DNA from: Lama glama
Lineage: Eukaryota
DNA: 64,000 nt
Direction of reading: 5' to 3'
Assembly: GCA_028534125.1 (NCBI GenBank)
Contig: CM052818.1
Location: 38,752,001-38,816,000 of the forward strand
In this document: one piece after another, positions 1-13,406 of the stretch
Layout of the letters: every line of letters starts with the position of its first letter
Position numbering within the stretch: the stretch's first letter is position 1
Position numbers and translations under genes: made by a program
Notes under the pieces: model-generated
Database searches by the model: none
What the model saw: the letters and a program-made list of their open reading frames with translations, nothing else
Told to the model about the DNA's origin: nothing

Positions 1-2553
1 GTTCAGTCTCCTAGTAGAGACCCTAGGCTAATCCTTAACCCAGCACCTCAGTCATCCTAGCAGCCTCTTTCTACCTCTCCCCTTAGGATCCCGTGTCACC
101 TTTGCCTCCTCTGGCAGCAGTTACCACAGAAGCTGCCTTTACCCAGTCTTGCCCTGGCCATCCCTCTAGTGATCCCTATTACCTTCCTTACTACAAATGG
201 AAGAAGGTCACAGCTGAGAGAGACTGATGTTCATAAGACCCTGGCCCTTGCAGATGGTTAGTGGACTCCTGAGTTTATATCCCGTGAATGATAAAGGGTA
301 ATCAATATTCAAACCAACCACTTGAGTTGGTGGCATGATTTTCATGTTATACAAAGAGAGGGGTCATCAAGGGAAAGGACTGCCAGGTCTGAGAGCAGTC
401 TCAGTGGTCGTATCTGTGCCATCCAGACCTTCCCCCTCCAGACCTGCTTCTTTGTGGCTCGACTGTCATCCAGACAATGACCTTTAACGTGCCAGCTTGA
501 CTTCTAGGAGGTCTTGCGGTGTTTGCACATTAGGTAATGTCTGTGCTTCAGCAGAAATCTTATGGAAACAAATGGAGGAAGTTTGCCGGTCCAAGTAATG
601 GATAATAAATCCTGACCTATCTGGATAGAAACTGATTTTCTATATCCTTTAGTTTATACACATATTTTTGTTGTTGTTTTAGTAAGGTCTGAAAAATTCA
701 AGGAACCAAAATATTCAAGTATTTCAAATGCTGTTGTTCTTTTGGCAAAAATGGCACTTCTTATAGGCTGGGATTCTATGTATTGGCTGGCCTTCTTCCC
801 CAGACTGAGTGAGGAAAACATCCTTTCCTATTCAGCATTCAGGGTGGAGGAGCCTTAATTCAATTAGCATATTTTATAAACTTTACCACAGTATTCATCT
901 GTTCGACTTTATGTACTTAGATTGTTTAAAATGTTATTTTTCAAGAAAATATATGGGGGTTTTTTTCGTTTAATTTTAATTCTGGAGTGTTTGCTTCTAC
1001 ATACTTTCTTTAGAATAGATGTTTTTCTATTTTGTGAGAAATAGACTTTTCACTGAGACAGCTAAATTGGATTTTCTGATCAAAGCTAAAAGCAAATATA
1101 TTTTAACTTAGCAGTATTATAGGTCAAGATAATTAACGTTAAAAAATATTCTAGGGTCTTTTTGTTAGTTAAGCCAAATTGATGTTTTAGTTCCTTTCAG
1201 TTACCTACTAGAAAAACATAGTGCAGACAAAGGGCATTCCTGGTAGAGTACGTTACTTTTACGTATATTCTTGTAAAAGAAACTTTCATAATCTTTCCTT
1301 TCCTTAATCAATAAGGAAATAACTTTGTAAAACTTGTACAGTGATATGAAATGAACTTTTCAATGAATTGACACATAGCTCCACTAAAGAATCACAAATT
1401 TCTTCTCAGAATATTTTTTACTTAATCCCAGAATAATATTTCAAACAAGACAAAACCAGACTCCCACGTTACCTACTCTCTCATTTTTGTGTGGAGTTTA
1501 GGAAAATCCATTTATAAAAGCCAACTGTAGCTTTAATTATTCATGGAAGTTTAGCCTATAATTCAGCAATGAAGGAAAAGATTTTTTTGTGTGTAATCAG
1601 TATTAGAATTTAGAGCAAAAAGTGATTAAATATAGTACTAGAATATCATCCCTGGTTTAGAATTAAATGACTCAATGAAAGTTTTATTATTTTTCTATAG
1701 AAATTTATATATATGTATATAGTATGTATTTAAACTACCTGCCACTCTAAAAAGTTGTATTATTTTTTAAAAAGTCATACACCTTGAGTTGTGTGTTTCA
1801 CTTTAGTGAACTCAGTGTCACATAGATAAGATTATCTGTTCGCAGATTAAATCAATGGCTATAATAACAAAAGTCTTGACTTACAGAGAAACAATAAATT
1901 GTGTAAATAGTAAACATTTCTCTAAATTATGCTAAAATTTTAGAATGGGAGAATTACTTTTTTAGATACGGTTTTCACATTGTTCAAAACCACAATTGAC
2001 CCTAATAGGAAAGGTAGAAAATAATCTGGAAAAAAAATGGAGACCTAGCAAAGAACACCCCCTTGTAAGAAGTCTTCACCTGGGGTTCCTGAGCGTATGA
2101 CATCCTGCTTACCTTCGAAAAACTCTCCTGGTTTAGGCTTCCTGGAGTGCCTAGCCTTAACTGTGCCTGAGCAGCTCTGTCTAGATGGAGCTCTGCTGGA
2201 GTGTGGGGTACTCACCTCTCCAGAAGCACCCAGTTTCACAGTCTGTCCTGAACCCCAAGAATTTTGCTACCCTGGAGCCCTGCTTGGCTTGCACGTACTG
2301 AACTCCTTTGCACTCAGCAACGTCTTGCCAGCCTCAGGACCTGTCAGAAGATGTGCTCGGAGGGGCTATCCTTGGAAAGGCTCTTTTTAAGTCAGCTCCT
2401 ACCTCTGCCTCCTTTCAGGCAAGTCCCAGAGTGTATAGACAAGACTTGATGCCACCCTTCTCCCCGACTCAAGTACCAGAGTCTCATGAAGGTTAAGGAC
2501 AGCATCAACTCCTGTTGACCAAAAACACCCAGAAAATTCAGAGGCCCTATTTT

Positions 2554-3045
2554 TATTAGCTAGGATTGCGTTTAGCTATAGATAACAGAAAACTAAAATA
2601 CAGTGACCTAAACAGATAGGGATTTATTTTTCTCATGCACCAAGAAGTATAAAGGGGAAAGCCCAGAGGTAAATAATATTTCAGCAGTGCCATCAAGGAT
2701 GTGGTTCTAGAAGATCTCCGGTCTTTGTCCATAACACATTTATCCTCATGCTCGTCATGATCACATGATGACTTCTGCCACTTTAGTCTTCATGTCTGAC
2801 ATTCAGACAAAATTAAGAGAAATGAGGCAAAAGCAGAGGGCTTATCCTGGTGAGGCATTGCTTATTTAGATGGAGAAGCCCTCCCCCAGGAACTTTGCCT
2901 GTACATCAGTAGCCAGAACTGGGCCATATTCCTACCTATAAGGGCTACGGAAAAGTCGTATGTTTTGACTTTCCCATGTCTCTAGTCAAGGAAATGAGGA
3001 GTTTTTTTAAGCTGGCTTTTGGGTAGGTACATAGTATTTACTACA
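2554..3045. mobile_element. Old MaLR LTR (MLT1-like) remnant
   Basis: Begins tattagctaggattgcgtttagctatagataacagaaaac...gatttatttttctcat, typical of MLT1 ends; recognised from memory. Confidence 0.55.
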
Positions 3046-4541
3046 GCCACACTTTATGACGATCTTGGTACTCATGTTCCATGGACCTACCAAACACCTA
3101 GCTAGTTAACTCCATGCTAGTTAACTAGTAACCTAGACAGTTAACTCCATCCTCTCCACCATAACTAAAGTCCACCACAGCCATGTCCCTCCAGAATGTC
3201 TTTGGGCTTCACAAGCCCCGACAAGACAACCTCAGCCTGGGGTCTGCAGTTTATTTGTGGGAGGCCCTCTTTGAAGCACATTTAGATGTACCTACCCACA
3301 GCGGAGCCCACTTCACTTCCCATGATTGTGAGTATTACACTTCTTATTTTAAAGAGAATTGAAAGTAACACTTTTTGCTGTTTCCCCTCTATTTGTGTGC
3401 TTACTAATTGCTACTGTCCTCAGCCACCATCCCATCATGGAGTGAATGTATCAAGTCCTTTTTCTAATCCAGCAAATCTTGTAATGAGCATTTTTTTAAG
3501 GGATTGGTTTTTTCCTTGTAAAAATTGTGACATACTTTGGACATATAGAACCTAATAGCCATTTTAAAGAAAATCAAAGTGACTAGACATAATATCTTGG
3601 TCAGAACAGACCAGGAGTGACGATCACATTTTACAGTAGTGTATACACTCACGTATGGGAGATTTCCTACCTCAGAATTCACCTGACCTAATTAAACTGT
3701 GCCCATCTCCAGTATTTCCCTTTGCTTCAGCAGCATCTCTATCTCTGTCTCTCCAACATAATGGCAAAAACAAACTGGGGCATTCTACTGAAAACCTTGC
3801 TAGTGCTACTAGATCACGTACCACCAAAACAGCAGGACAACTTGGCTTTTATCCCTTAAGTTCTACTTAAGAAAACTGTTCCTACATCTCCCCCAACCTC
3901 CTGTTGTATCATGAATTGTGGTTTTACTTCCCTCTGCGTTTTCCCTCACTGCTGTGACCAGTGCTTCATGTGGCCTAGTTTGGGGCCAGTCTCAACAGAA
4001 GCTCTTAGGTTGCCCCCCTTGCCTGCAATGATTTGTCCATTTTATACCAGTACCTGTCAGCTTGGCTTACCAATGTCAGTGTGCTTCAGCCTCCAGTTCT
4101 GACCTCCATTGTGATGTCAGCTCACACACTGCTTCAAGGAAGGCAGCAGGTTTTTCCTTCTGACCGTTCTTCCCCAATGTCCCCCCAACCCAAAAGAGAA
4201 AAAAAAAAAAACCCCCAAAAATCACCAGCTCAGTCCCTTCCCACTTATTTTGTTTAACAACCCTTACTGACACCTGCTGTGAACCAAGCACTTGGATAAT
4301 CACTGGAGAGAATAATAAATGAAATATAGCTGCTCCCCTTAGGTTATTTCCAGCATGGTAGGGGAGATATATGTGAAGAATTTTAATATATCACAGTTAG
4401 GAACACAGGGCAGGAATGGTACCAAGAGAGGAAAGATCAGTTCCACCTAGGTAAGTAATGAAGGAGAAGACAGACAAATATGGACTTGAAGATAAGTCGG
4501 GATTTTTCCTGATGGGAAAAACAGCATCAAGATAGGTGATT

Positions 4542-4805
4542 AACACTTTGCTGCACACTTGAAACTAACACAACATTCTAAATCAACTACACTTCAGTAA
4601 AAAAGAAAAGAAAAAGAGGCAAAAATTACTATCTGTAAAATAAATAAGCTACAAGGATGTATTGTACAACACAGGGAATACAGCCATTGTTTTATAATGA
4701 CTATAAATGGACTATAACCTTTAAAAATTGTGAATCAGTATGTTGTATATCCAAGAGAGTTATATAATATTGTACATCAACCATACCTCAAATTAAAAAA
4801 AAAAA
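4542..4805 (+). mobile_element. Two tandem LINE-1 3' ends with A-rich tails
   Basis: cactttgctgcacacttgaaactaacacaacatt...tcaactacacttcag plus A-rich tail, then aataaataagctacaaggatgtattgtacaacacaggg...catcaaccatacctc plus poly-A; cetartiodactyl-type L1 3' UTR. Confidence 0.8.
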
Positions 4806-5669
4806 GATAGGTAATTGAGTTAAACGGAAGGCATCCTTCTATTGTAGATTGTGTGTACTTGGGGAATTTAATGGTACCGTTTAGCCTGTGAGATGAATGT
4901 CCTTGGCCTTCCAACTGTAGCCCCCACCCATTTCATTCCTTTAGCCACTACTGTGAGTTGAAGTCCTGTAGTAATATTTCAACACTAAGCAGATTTCAGA
5001 AGATGATGGTAGCAAATAGAATAGAACGTTAGACTCAGGTGAGGTTTTTTTTTAACACCTGTATTTAGATTTGTAGTGAAATAAAGGTAAACAAGTAACA
5101 TTCTTCTAAATCATTCTCTTCCCTTCATGTTTTATTTCCATTACTCCTGCTACTAGATATTTCCTTCACTGTGGTGCTTGAAACTGGATTCTGCTGGGTT
5201 TCCAGGAATGCTGTTGACAGTCATTGCCAGGAGAAATGTGTTTTCCCCTTAGGAAATTACACTTCTATTTGGTATTATTGTTTCTGACCACTGTGTTATG
5301 TTATGAGCATTTCTGAGGAATGAAAAAGATGGCTTCCTTGGAGCAATTACTGGAAAGGAAACTGGTATTCTACTTTCTAAAAACAAACAAGCAAAAAAGT
5401 ACAACTGGATGGGGAATTACCAGAAAAGAAAAGAATAGGAATAAAGGTGAGGTGAGGTACATTCCCTGATGGAAAATTTACTTTTAGAAATCTAAGATTC
5501 CTTACAAAGTTATTTGAATTTTTATATGTTTCAAATTTAAGAATAACACTATAGAAAAGTGCTTAAAACATAAATGTTTTACCTCCGTGAATTATCAGAA
5601 AGCAAACTCCCATGTAACTCCCTCCCAACTCAAGAATCGCCATTGCCTGGATCTCAGAGGCCTCTTTTA

Positions 5670-6127
5670 TGCTTCTGCGTATCCAAAAATCCACCTCTGA
5701 GCTCATTCAGATTGTTGGCAGAATCCAGTTCATGTGACTTTATGACTGCTGTCCTCATTTTCTGGCTGGCTGTCAGGCAGGGTGCCTCTCAACTCCTAGA
5801 GGTCACGATCAGGTCCTTTTCACATGAGCTCCCTCTTCAAAACGATCGCAGTGCATTTAATCCTTTTAGTGCTTTGAATCTCTAACTTCCTCTTCTACCA
5901 CTAGCCAGAGAGAAAACTCAGATTTTGAAGGACTCATGTGATTAGGTTAGACCTTAGGAGATTCAGAAGATTAGGATAATCTCCCTTAAAGTCATCTCTA
6001 CTGTAGTATAACATAATCTAGTCTGGAGTAGTATGTCATCATACTCACAGGTTTCACCCCTACTCAGAAGGGAAGAATTGTAAATGGCAAGGATTACGTG
6101 TGTCATTTTAGAATTCTGTCTACCACA
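5670..6127. mobile_element. MaLR LTR (MLT1-like)
   Basis: cagattgttggcagaatccagttc...ggactcatgtgattagg...ttagaattctgtctaccaca motifs. Confidence 0.65.
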
Positions 6128-6199
6128 GACCACCTGTTTTCTGATCTAAAATGTTACCTTTGTCAAAAATTAAATATCCATATATGTGTAGTCATTTCT

Positions 6200-6670
6200 G
6201 GAAGAATTTATATAGAATCAGTATTATTTTTTCCTTAAATGTTTAGTATAGTGGACCAGTGAATTCACCTTGTCCTGGAGTTTTCTTTGTGGGGAGGATT
6301 TAAATTACAAATTTAATTTCTTTAATAGAGATAAGACTATTCAGGTTATCTATTTATTTTCAAGTGAGCTTAAAATTTGTGCAGACTGTCTGTTCCCTCC
6401 AAGCTATTGAATTTTTGACATAAAATTATCCACAAAATTACCTGATTATCCTTTTGATGTCTGTAGTATCTGTAGGGGTGTCACTTCTCTTTCCTGATAC
6501 TGGTAATGTTTTATGTCTTCTCACATTTTTTTCCTGATCAGTCTGGCTAAAGATTTATCAGTTTTATTGAACTCACTTTTGATTTCATTTAGTTTCTCAA
6601 TTGTTTTTCTGATTTTTATTTCATTAATTACTGCTGTGAACTTTATTATTTACTTTATTCTGCCTACAGG
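6200..6670 (-). mobile_element. Degenerate L1 ORF2 fragment
   Basis: T-rich antisense L1 pattern (ccagtgaattcacc...cctggagttttctttgtgggg...ctattcaggttatctattt...ctggctaaagatttatcagttttattg). Confidence 0.65.
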
Positions 6671-7518
6671 CTAGAGTCAGACCAAGTATCTTTTCTATCA
6701 GTATACATGAATGTGTGAAGTCCCCTTACTTAAGAGAGAGACTTTCAAGTTGTGTTTTTTAAAGAAGTCCACTGAAGATTTCAAGAGCCATACTTAAAAT
6801 AAAATGACAAAAGATTAAAAATAAAAGAAAGGACAAATAGGCAGATGACGCTGAAAAGAAAGCAAAATTATAATAATAATACCAATCAAAGTGGAAATCA
6901 AGGCACAAAGAATCAAATGAAAATTTGAATAGCTGTATCGGAAAGTCACATAAATCCATGTTCTCTCTGCCCTTCTTCCTCTTTCTATTTGACATCATGA
7001 AAATGAGGGTCACTCTGCTTATTTTGCAGTCAGTATGATAGGACTACCTCTCATTAACAACTCTTAAAGATCCTTTAAACCCATTCTAAAATAAACACTC
7101 TTTTTGTGTTCTTTTTTAAAAAATTACAAGATAGTTTCATGTTAGTAACTGTATGTGGTTTCCCTGGTGTACATGATTTATCTGTCAAAATTTGTGCTTC
7201 TTATCCTTAAATCATAAAAATACCTTAATCAGGTACAGTTACACACATCTGCTGTGGTATCTGGCATTAGGCCATCACACTACTAAAAGTTACTATTGAG
7301 AAAGCCAGGTGAGGGTGAGAGGAGGTTCATTTTGTAGGACATGCTTTTGTTTCCAAGACGGTGCATGTCGTCCGACTCACATGCCTCTCTTGGCCTTACT
7401 AATGTCTCACATCAGATAGTGCTTGCTGAAAGGAAAGGGTAGGGCAGGAGCTATTGCTATTTGACATTTGTGTTCGTTCTATATATTCTAAGTGTCTGCT
7501 TTTTTTTTTTTAATGTAG

Positions 7519-7601
7519 TTAACGCTGCCTACCTTGGGAGCCAAGAAATGATGGAGGTGGTAAAGAGAGACAACGAAACCATAAAAGAACATTTGTCTAA
7601 G
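7519..7601 (+). CDS. LDAH: LDAH (lipid droplet-associated hydrolase, C2orf43), penultimate coding exon (83 bp)
   Basis: Poly-T tract then AG at 7517-7518; GT donor at 7602. Reads (x)NAAYLGSQEMMEVVKRDNETIKEHLSK, which I recognise as LDAH. Ends in phase 0 and joins the next exon in frame. Not in the ORF track. Confidence 0.93.
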
Positions 7602-8249
7602 GTAATCACTTCAGTGCTGCAAAGTGAGTAGATGGGCAGGAATATTTACCGAGGATGAAAGGCTAGAGTTGGTTAGACTCTGCAAGACCTCGTGGGTTTG
7701 TGAATTTCAGATGGAGTTCTACTTCTAGTTGACATTAATGCAGTCCTTGAAAGTTGCACAGAAAGTAAGTAAAGCTGACTGCCTAGTTACTTAAATATGT
7801 TTTACCACCTGTTTTTGTTGGGTTTATTTTTAGAATCAATACTTCTCTCTAGAGCCTTCTACTAAGAAGTCTCTCAACAATATTTATGGAATAAATAACT
7901 TATATTAAAATATATGTAAAACACTGTGATAGAACTAACATCACTATGATCTGATGACTCAGTGTGCCCATCTTTTTTGCTCTCCAAATGCATTTGAGTA
8001 GGAATGTCCAGCTCTGACACCAAGACCAGTTTTCTATACGAGCATGTCCAGAAGGGCAACAACTGAAATGTTTAGCATTTGTGAATTGCTACAGCAAGTG
8101 CTAGAATCTTATGCAAACATATTTGAAAGCACCAGTCTCTGAAACTGTGAGGGGCCAATGGTTTAGATTATGTCTAAGCACCCTAGGATTTAACTGGCCC
8201 TGGTACTCCGATGGCATCATTCGTTTGTCTGTCCATCCTGAATAGGATA

Positions 8250-8568
8250 GAGCAGTACCACCTAACACGATAGCCACTAGCCACAAGTGGTTATTTGTGG
8301 CCACTCTAAATTGAGATGTGCCATAAGTGTAACATACACATTGGATTTCAGAACCTTAGTACCCCCCCAAAAAAATATATATATGTATATTTCATTAATA
8401 TTTTTATATTGATTACATGTTGAAATGATAATATTTTAGGTATGTTGGGTTAAATAATATATATTATTAAAAGTAATCTTATCCATTCCTTTTATGCTTT
8501 TTCAAGTGTAGTTACTAGAAATTTTTAAATTACATGTGTGTCTTTTTATTTCTGTTGGACTGTGCTAG
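8250..8568. mobile_element. hAT-Charlie DNA transposon remnant (MER3/MER33-like)
   Basis: tagccactagccacaagtgg...tatattgattacatgttgaaatgataatattt...aaattacatgtgtg...ttggactgtgct. Confidence 0.7.
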
Positions 8569-10489
8569 TATAGAGCTTTGCAGTTGGTGCTGAACTGTGA
8601 CATCTGCTGGATGCAGTGGAATGAGCCCCACTGCATGGCCAGCTCTTAAAGGGCCCAGGAACCTACAGTATGCAAGTAAAACTTTAGATAACCCACGGGG
8701 TTTAGAATCTCTTCGTAAGCTTTAAGACATTTGATTTAAAATTGTCTGTAATATTAATTCATATTTCTGCGAATTATCTTAAAGCAAGAAATATATATGT
8801 TCTTAAAAATGTATTTTTAGAATATTGGTCCCAAAGAATACTTTTGAAAGTGCCAGTCTGTGTTCATCTTCTGGCCATAGTGGTCATCATATTTCTAAAA
8901 TAGCAATTGGCTAGAGATGGAAATTTTGAAGCCAGAAGGAAACCATCACTAGCTTAATGGGGGAGGCTGGGGCCTCATAAGGACCCTCTCTCCAGGGCTT
9001 TCAACTGTTTCCAGTCATTGAAGTATGTGAAAATACAAGGAAAACAGTATTTTATTTTTTTAGATAAATTATAAGTGTATTTGTTTCAAAAATGCATTTA
9101 AGTTCTTAAGGCTGGAAGTTCATAAAAACAACTCAGTTCCCAGTTAATAATAAGACTGGCAGATGCTCACTTCCAAAATTCACACTTGCTGAATGACTAG
9201 ATCCATCATGTGTCAAAGCCCATCGTACACCTGTGGAAGCCAGCTGCTATAAAGTACTCATCATTCCTGGATTCTGTTTGTATGTTGTGCTCACAAAGAG
9301 GTCAAAGGAAGGTGCTAACTTATTCCTGTCCTAAGTTAAATCCATATGCAAGTGTAATCATTCCCAGATAGAGGGCTGTTCATGGTAACTGTGTCAGGAC
9401 CATAAGTTTACTCAAACTTTTATCGAAGAAATATGGGGGTGTAATGGTAGATGGCAGGCATTTCAAGGTTAATATTAACACACAGTCACAGGACTAAACT
9501 TTTCCAACTAGAGGGAATGGTTTTATTTTGTTTTTTAAGATAGCATTAAATGTACTTGTGGAATTTGGGAAAGCAAGGCATTATTTAGTTTAATGATGCA
9601 AAACCGCCTGCAATGAATTGATTATCCTTTCTACCAGCTAAGTTTGAGCTCTCCGCTAGAATAATACAATTCCAATTCCTAAGTGAAACAAGGTACAGAA
9701 AGACAGGAAGTTTATTGCAACTTTTATTTCTGTAATGGAAAAAAAAAGGAAACATGCTGTAATTTAATATTGGTAAAAATTGAATCAACATATGTCCCAG
9801 TCTTCTTGAGAAAATAAGGAAACTTAAAAGGGCACAAAGTTCTAGAAAAATACTGGGCGTTTTCCCCTGCCTTCCAACCAACTCTGAAAATTATTCAAAC
9901 TTGAAAGTCAGTTCCCAAGACAAGATGTATCCCTATTTTAGATATTCTAGTCAAGGATACTCTGTTCAATTTCAGCCCAAACATTCAGAAACTTCATCTA
10001 TCCAGGACTGCCCATTGTAAAGAAGTTTTGAGCCACAGGTTTTGTTGCAGAATTGTTCAGTATATCTCAGTTATTCAACTTTTAAAACTTCTGAAAAATG
10101 TATCTTTGTGCCATCCAGTCAAGCAGCAACAGGAAAGTTTACCTAAAAACAGTCTCCCTACTACATCGCGTGGATGGCTTTTGGGTTCTTTCTCCTCCCC
10201 TAGGAAACTATTATACCATAATCAGCAGGCTTTAAATCTTAAGTCAGATTTTCTACCACTGGATTTCCACGTGAAGAGAACTTTTTATCTCCTTGAAGGA
10301 ACTCAAAAGTCTCTGGAAGCTGATTGTTTTCCTTTCTTCTTTCCAAGGTCTAAAGACTTTACCCATGGTGTCAGACAGTGCTTCAGCGCTACGTAAAGTG
10401 ACTTCCCTCTCCTAGAGCAGATATATCAGGCTCTTAGTTGTTTCCAAAACTGTGTAGGAAGGCTATGGCATCATCAGCTGTGTTCTTTC

Positions 10490-10768
10490 TCCACCTGACT
10501 AAATCCTACCTGTCCTTGAAGACATGGTTCCATTGTCATCTTTAAGAGGCTTTCCCCAGCCACTGGTTTTGGCTAGATGTCCCCCCTCCTCAGCGCGCAT
10601 GGCTCCATATATAAAGTTATAATTTTGCATTTATCACACAGTGGTTAAGTGATCAGTTTTCCCCTCTCACCCACCTTGAAGGTTTTTCTCATCTCAGTAT
10701 CCCTGATGGCCTAGCACAATGCTCACCTGGTGAGCAATCAATAAATGTATACTAGATGGATGGATGGG
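10490..10768. mobile_element. L2 3' end remnant
   Basis: cctagcacaatgc...tcaataaatg...gatggatggatgg terminal motif. Confidence 0.5.
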
Positions 10769-10789
10769 GAAGCCATTCAAGTATGCATT

Positions 10790-11340
10790 CTAAGCCTTTT
10801 TTTGTGCCATAGAGCTCTTTGGCTGTGACATATATAGACTCCTTCTCAGAATAATACTTTTAAGTGATGAAATAAATACATGAGATACAATAATATAAAA
10901 AAAACTAAAGTATAGTTATCAAAATATATTAAAAACAAATTTGTGATATATAATAAACAAATTTGTGATATGCATCTTTATTAACAGACTAAATAATGAG
11001 ATATAATAGCCATCAGAATTACCATTGCAAGTTTGTAGTGATGTGCAAAAATAAATTTTTAGTTATGTACAGCAAGTTTACTGTAATTTGAAAATTCAAT
11101 AATTTTATAGATGACAAAATATAGGTACTACTAATGCTTTTGTGGCTTGTTACCTGTATTCATAATTGAAGGAAATACTAAATTAGAATTAGAGGTTAGC
11201 AATATGTGTGTGTGTGTGTGTGTGTGTGTGTATCTTTTTCCCATTCAAGTTTATATTACCTCCCTCCCTCCAACTGCCAGGCATCTATCTATGAACCTGC
11301 ATGGACCTGTAAACCCCAAGTGAAGGAGCCTTGCTTTGAG
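10790..11340. mobile_element. hAT-Charlie DNA transposon remnant (MER119-like) containing a (TG)n tract
   Basis: ccttctcagaataat...gttatcaaaatat...cataattgaaggaaat; (TG)n at about 11205-11231. Confidence 0.55.
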
Positions 11341-11419
11341 GCACTAGAAAAGGTTAGGCAGCATAGTACTGTGGCTTGGGCACTGGCCCGAGAACAAGCA
11401 GCCATGATATGCTATACTG

Positions 11420-12240
11420 AAGAGACTATTCTGAGTTGTGAGAGGTCCATTGAAGGGTTTAAGGAAGTGGGTGATAATTAGGGTGATATTCAGAATGTTT
11501 AACAACCATATGACATAGCCACCAACCCACAGAACATATGCCATCTGTGAACAGCCAGCCAGCTCAGAGGTGCCAGTCCATATCAGTTAGCCCTAGGAAA
11601 ATGGCTAGATTAACCAGTGACAGGAATTATTTGGGGGAAAATGTGTATCCGAACATTGGGAAAGAATGAAATTTGGGGTAGGAAAACTGTTTAGAAGACT
11701 TTTACAAGAACTAAGGCAGTGGAATTGGGGGCGGGGTGGAGAGGGTGTAGAATTTGGAAATATTTAGGAAGTAGAATCAAAGACACTTAGTCCTCATAGA
11801 ATATGAGAGAATGGAGATGGGGGTCTAAGATTATTTTTCTGTATTTGTATTCTGTAACAAAATAGGGAATCTGGAAGAAGAAGCGCCAGCAAGTTGTGGG
11901 AAATGATTGAGAAAGTCATTTCAGTACTTTTGTTTGAGATACCTGTGGGACATCCAAGTGGACACACGTCTGGCAGGTAGCCGGATATATGGGTGTGAAG
12001 CCTAGGAGAGGAGTCCGGACTAAATTGTGATTTGGGAATGATGAGGATATATTAGAAGTTCTGAGCATGGATAATGGTAACCTAAGGAAGTATAAGGAGA
12101 AAGGATACCTAAAGGTTGATCCTTGGGGAACACAGCTTAAAGGTTGGGAGGAAGGAGAGGAGCTAAGAAATGAGATGGGAGTGGAGGTGGCAGGGATGAG
12201 AATGAGAACCAGGATGGAATAAACCAAAGCAAGAGAATCA
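11420..12240. mobile_element. L2 remnant
   Basis: Purine-rich, with tttgagatacctgtgggacatccaagtggac...gatttgggaat motif. Confidence 0.6.
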
Positions 12241-13099
12241 GCTGTACATTTTCACCACCCCAATCCCAGTCCTTCTGGAAGCCCCTGGGGTATACTCTGC
12301 TTTATGAGGCACCTGGTGTGTCTGAGGCAAATAGGAGTTCAGCATTCCTGTGTTCTGTCATTGCTCTAAACTACAAGGGGATGTATGTCTCACTCATAGA
12401 GAAATGAATTAGTGTTTGGTTTAGAAATTTGAAGTTTTCATTTAAAACTCACTTAGGAGGGAAATTCTAAACTGCCGTGACCATCTTTGGCCTAGGCTTA
12501 TGGAAACAGCTGGTGTGCGCTACTGCCAGACTGAATCTGAACATCACTATCAGTCAATAGGAGTCTGAAATTGCTCCCATCGAGAGGACAAAGGTAGGCA
12601 GCAGTGGAAAGACTTCTTGTGAAGTGGTGCTGCCCCTGTCCCCAGAGGGCCAGACTGGGGCCTCAGTGCGGTTGGGAAGGGGGCAAAGTGTCCTCAGAAA
12701 CAGGGACCCTTCTATGGCTCTGTCCCCATCTTGCTTAGCCCACCTGAGCCCAAAGGCACATGCTGCCTTTGGGAACAAATGTTGTGCAGTTGTTTGCAGA
12801 TCTGGGCATGCAAATCCTTCGGACATGCACACGTCCTGCTTAGCAGAGCACAGGAAGCACTCCCTGGACCGGCTAACCAGGACTGCCTTTCCGCCAACCT
12901 CAGCCTGAAACTGATTGTGTTAGTTCTGCCTGTTTAATTTGAAGCCAGTTCAGAATATAATAATCATCCTGGAAATAGATAGGTTTGTTTTTATTTCGAT
13001 CATCTTGACCTAGAGAGCTTCATTTTAGGCACTTGTGTTAGCATACACTTGAGTTCTCTTGTGGAGCAGGATTGAAAGGAAGAGGAGTGTATTTTAGGG

Positions 13100-13330
13100 A
13101 GGAGAGTCTTCAGAGTCACAACCCAAGGTTCAGACTCCAGCTCCACCACCTGCTGACTTATGTGACCTTGGTTAAGTTACTTGACCTCACTGTCTCTCCT
13201 TTTTCCATCAATAAAATGGTTTAATAATAGTATTTATTCTTATACAGTTGTTCCAAAAAGTATGCTATATATAATTCATAAAAAGATTTTATAAGTGTCT
13301 GGCATGTACTAAGCATTCAATAAATGTTTA
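13100..13330. mobile_element. MIR SINE
   Basis: MIR core tgtgaccttggttaagttacttgacctc...aaaatgg...aataatagta. Confidence 0.7.
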
Positions 13331-13367
13331 TTATTATTATTGTTGTTGTTGTTATTGTTATTGTTAT

Positions 13368-13398
<31 letters not shown>

Positions 13399-13406
13399 GC
13401 TACTAC
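13327..13406. repeat. Compound trinucleotide microsatellite (TTA)n(TTG)n(TAC)n
   Basis: Directly visible. Confidence 0.9.

Noticed and set aside
3099..3151. Repeated agttaactccat units with the 12-bp palindrome ctagttaactag
   Set aside because: Short local slippage duplication; no regular spacers and no sign of function.
7921..7965. Short hairpin with TGAT/CTGA motifs resembling a C/D snoRNA
   Set aside because: Only ~45 nt, with no proper RTGATGA C box near the 5' stem.
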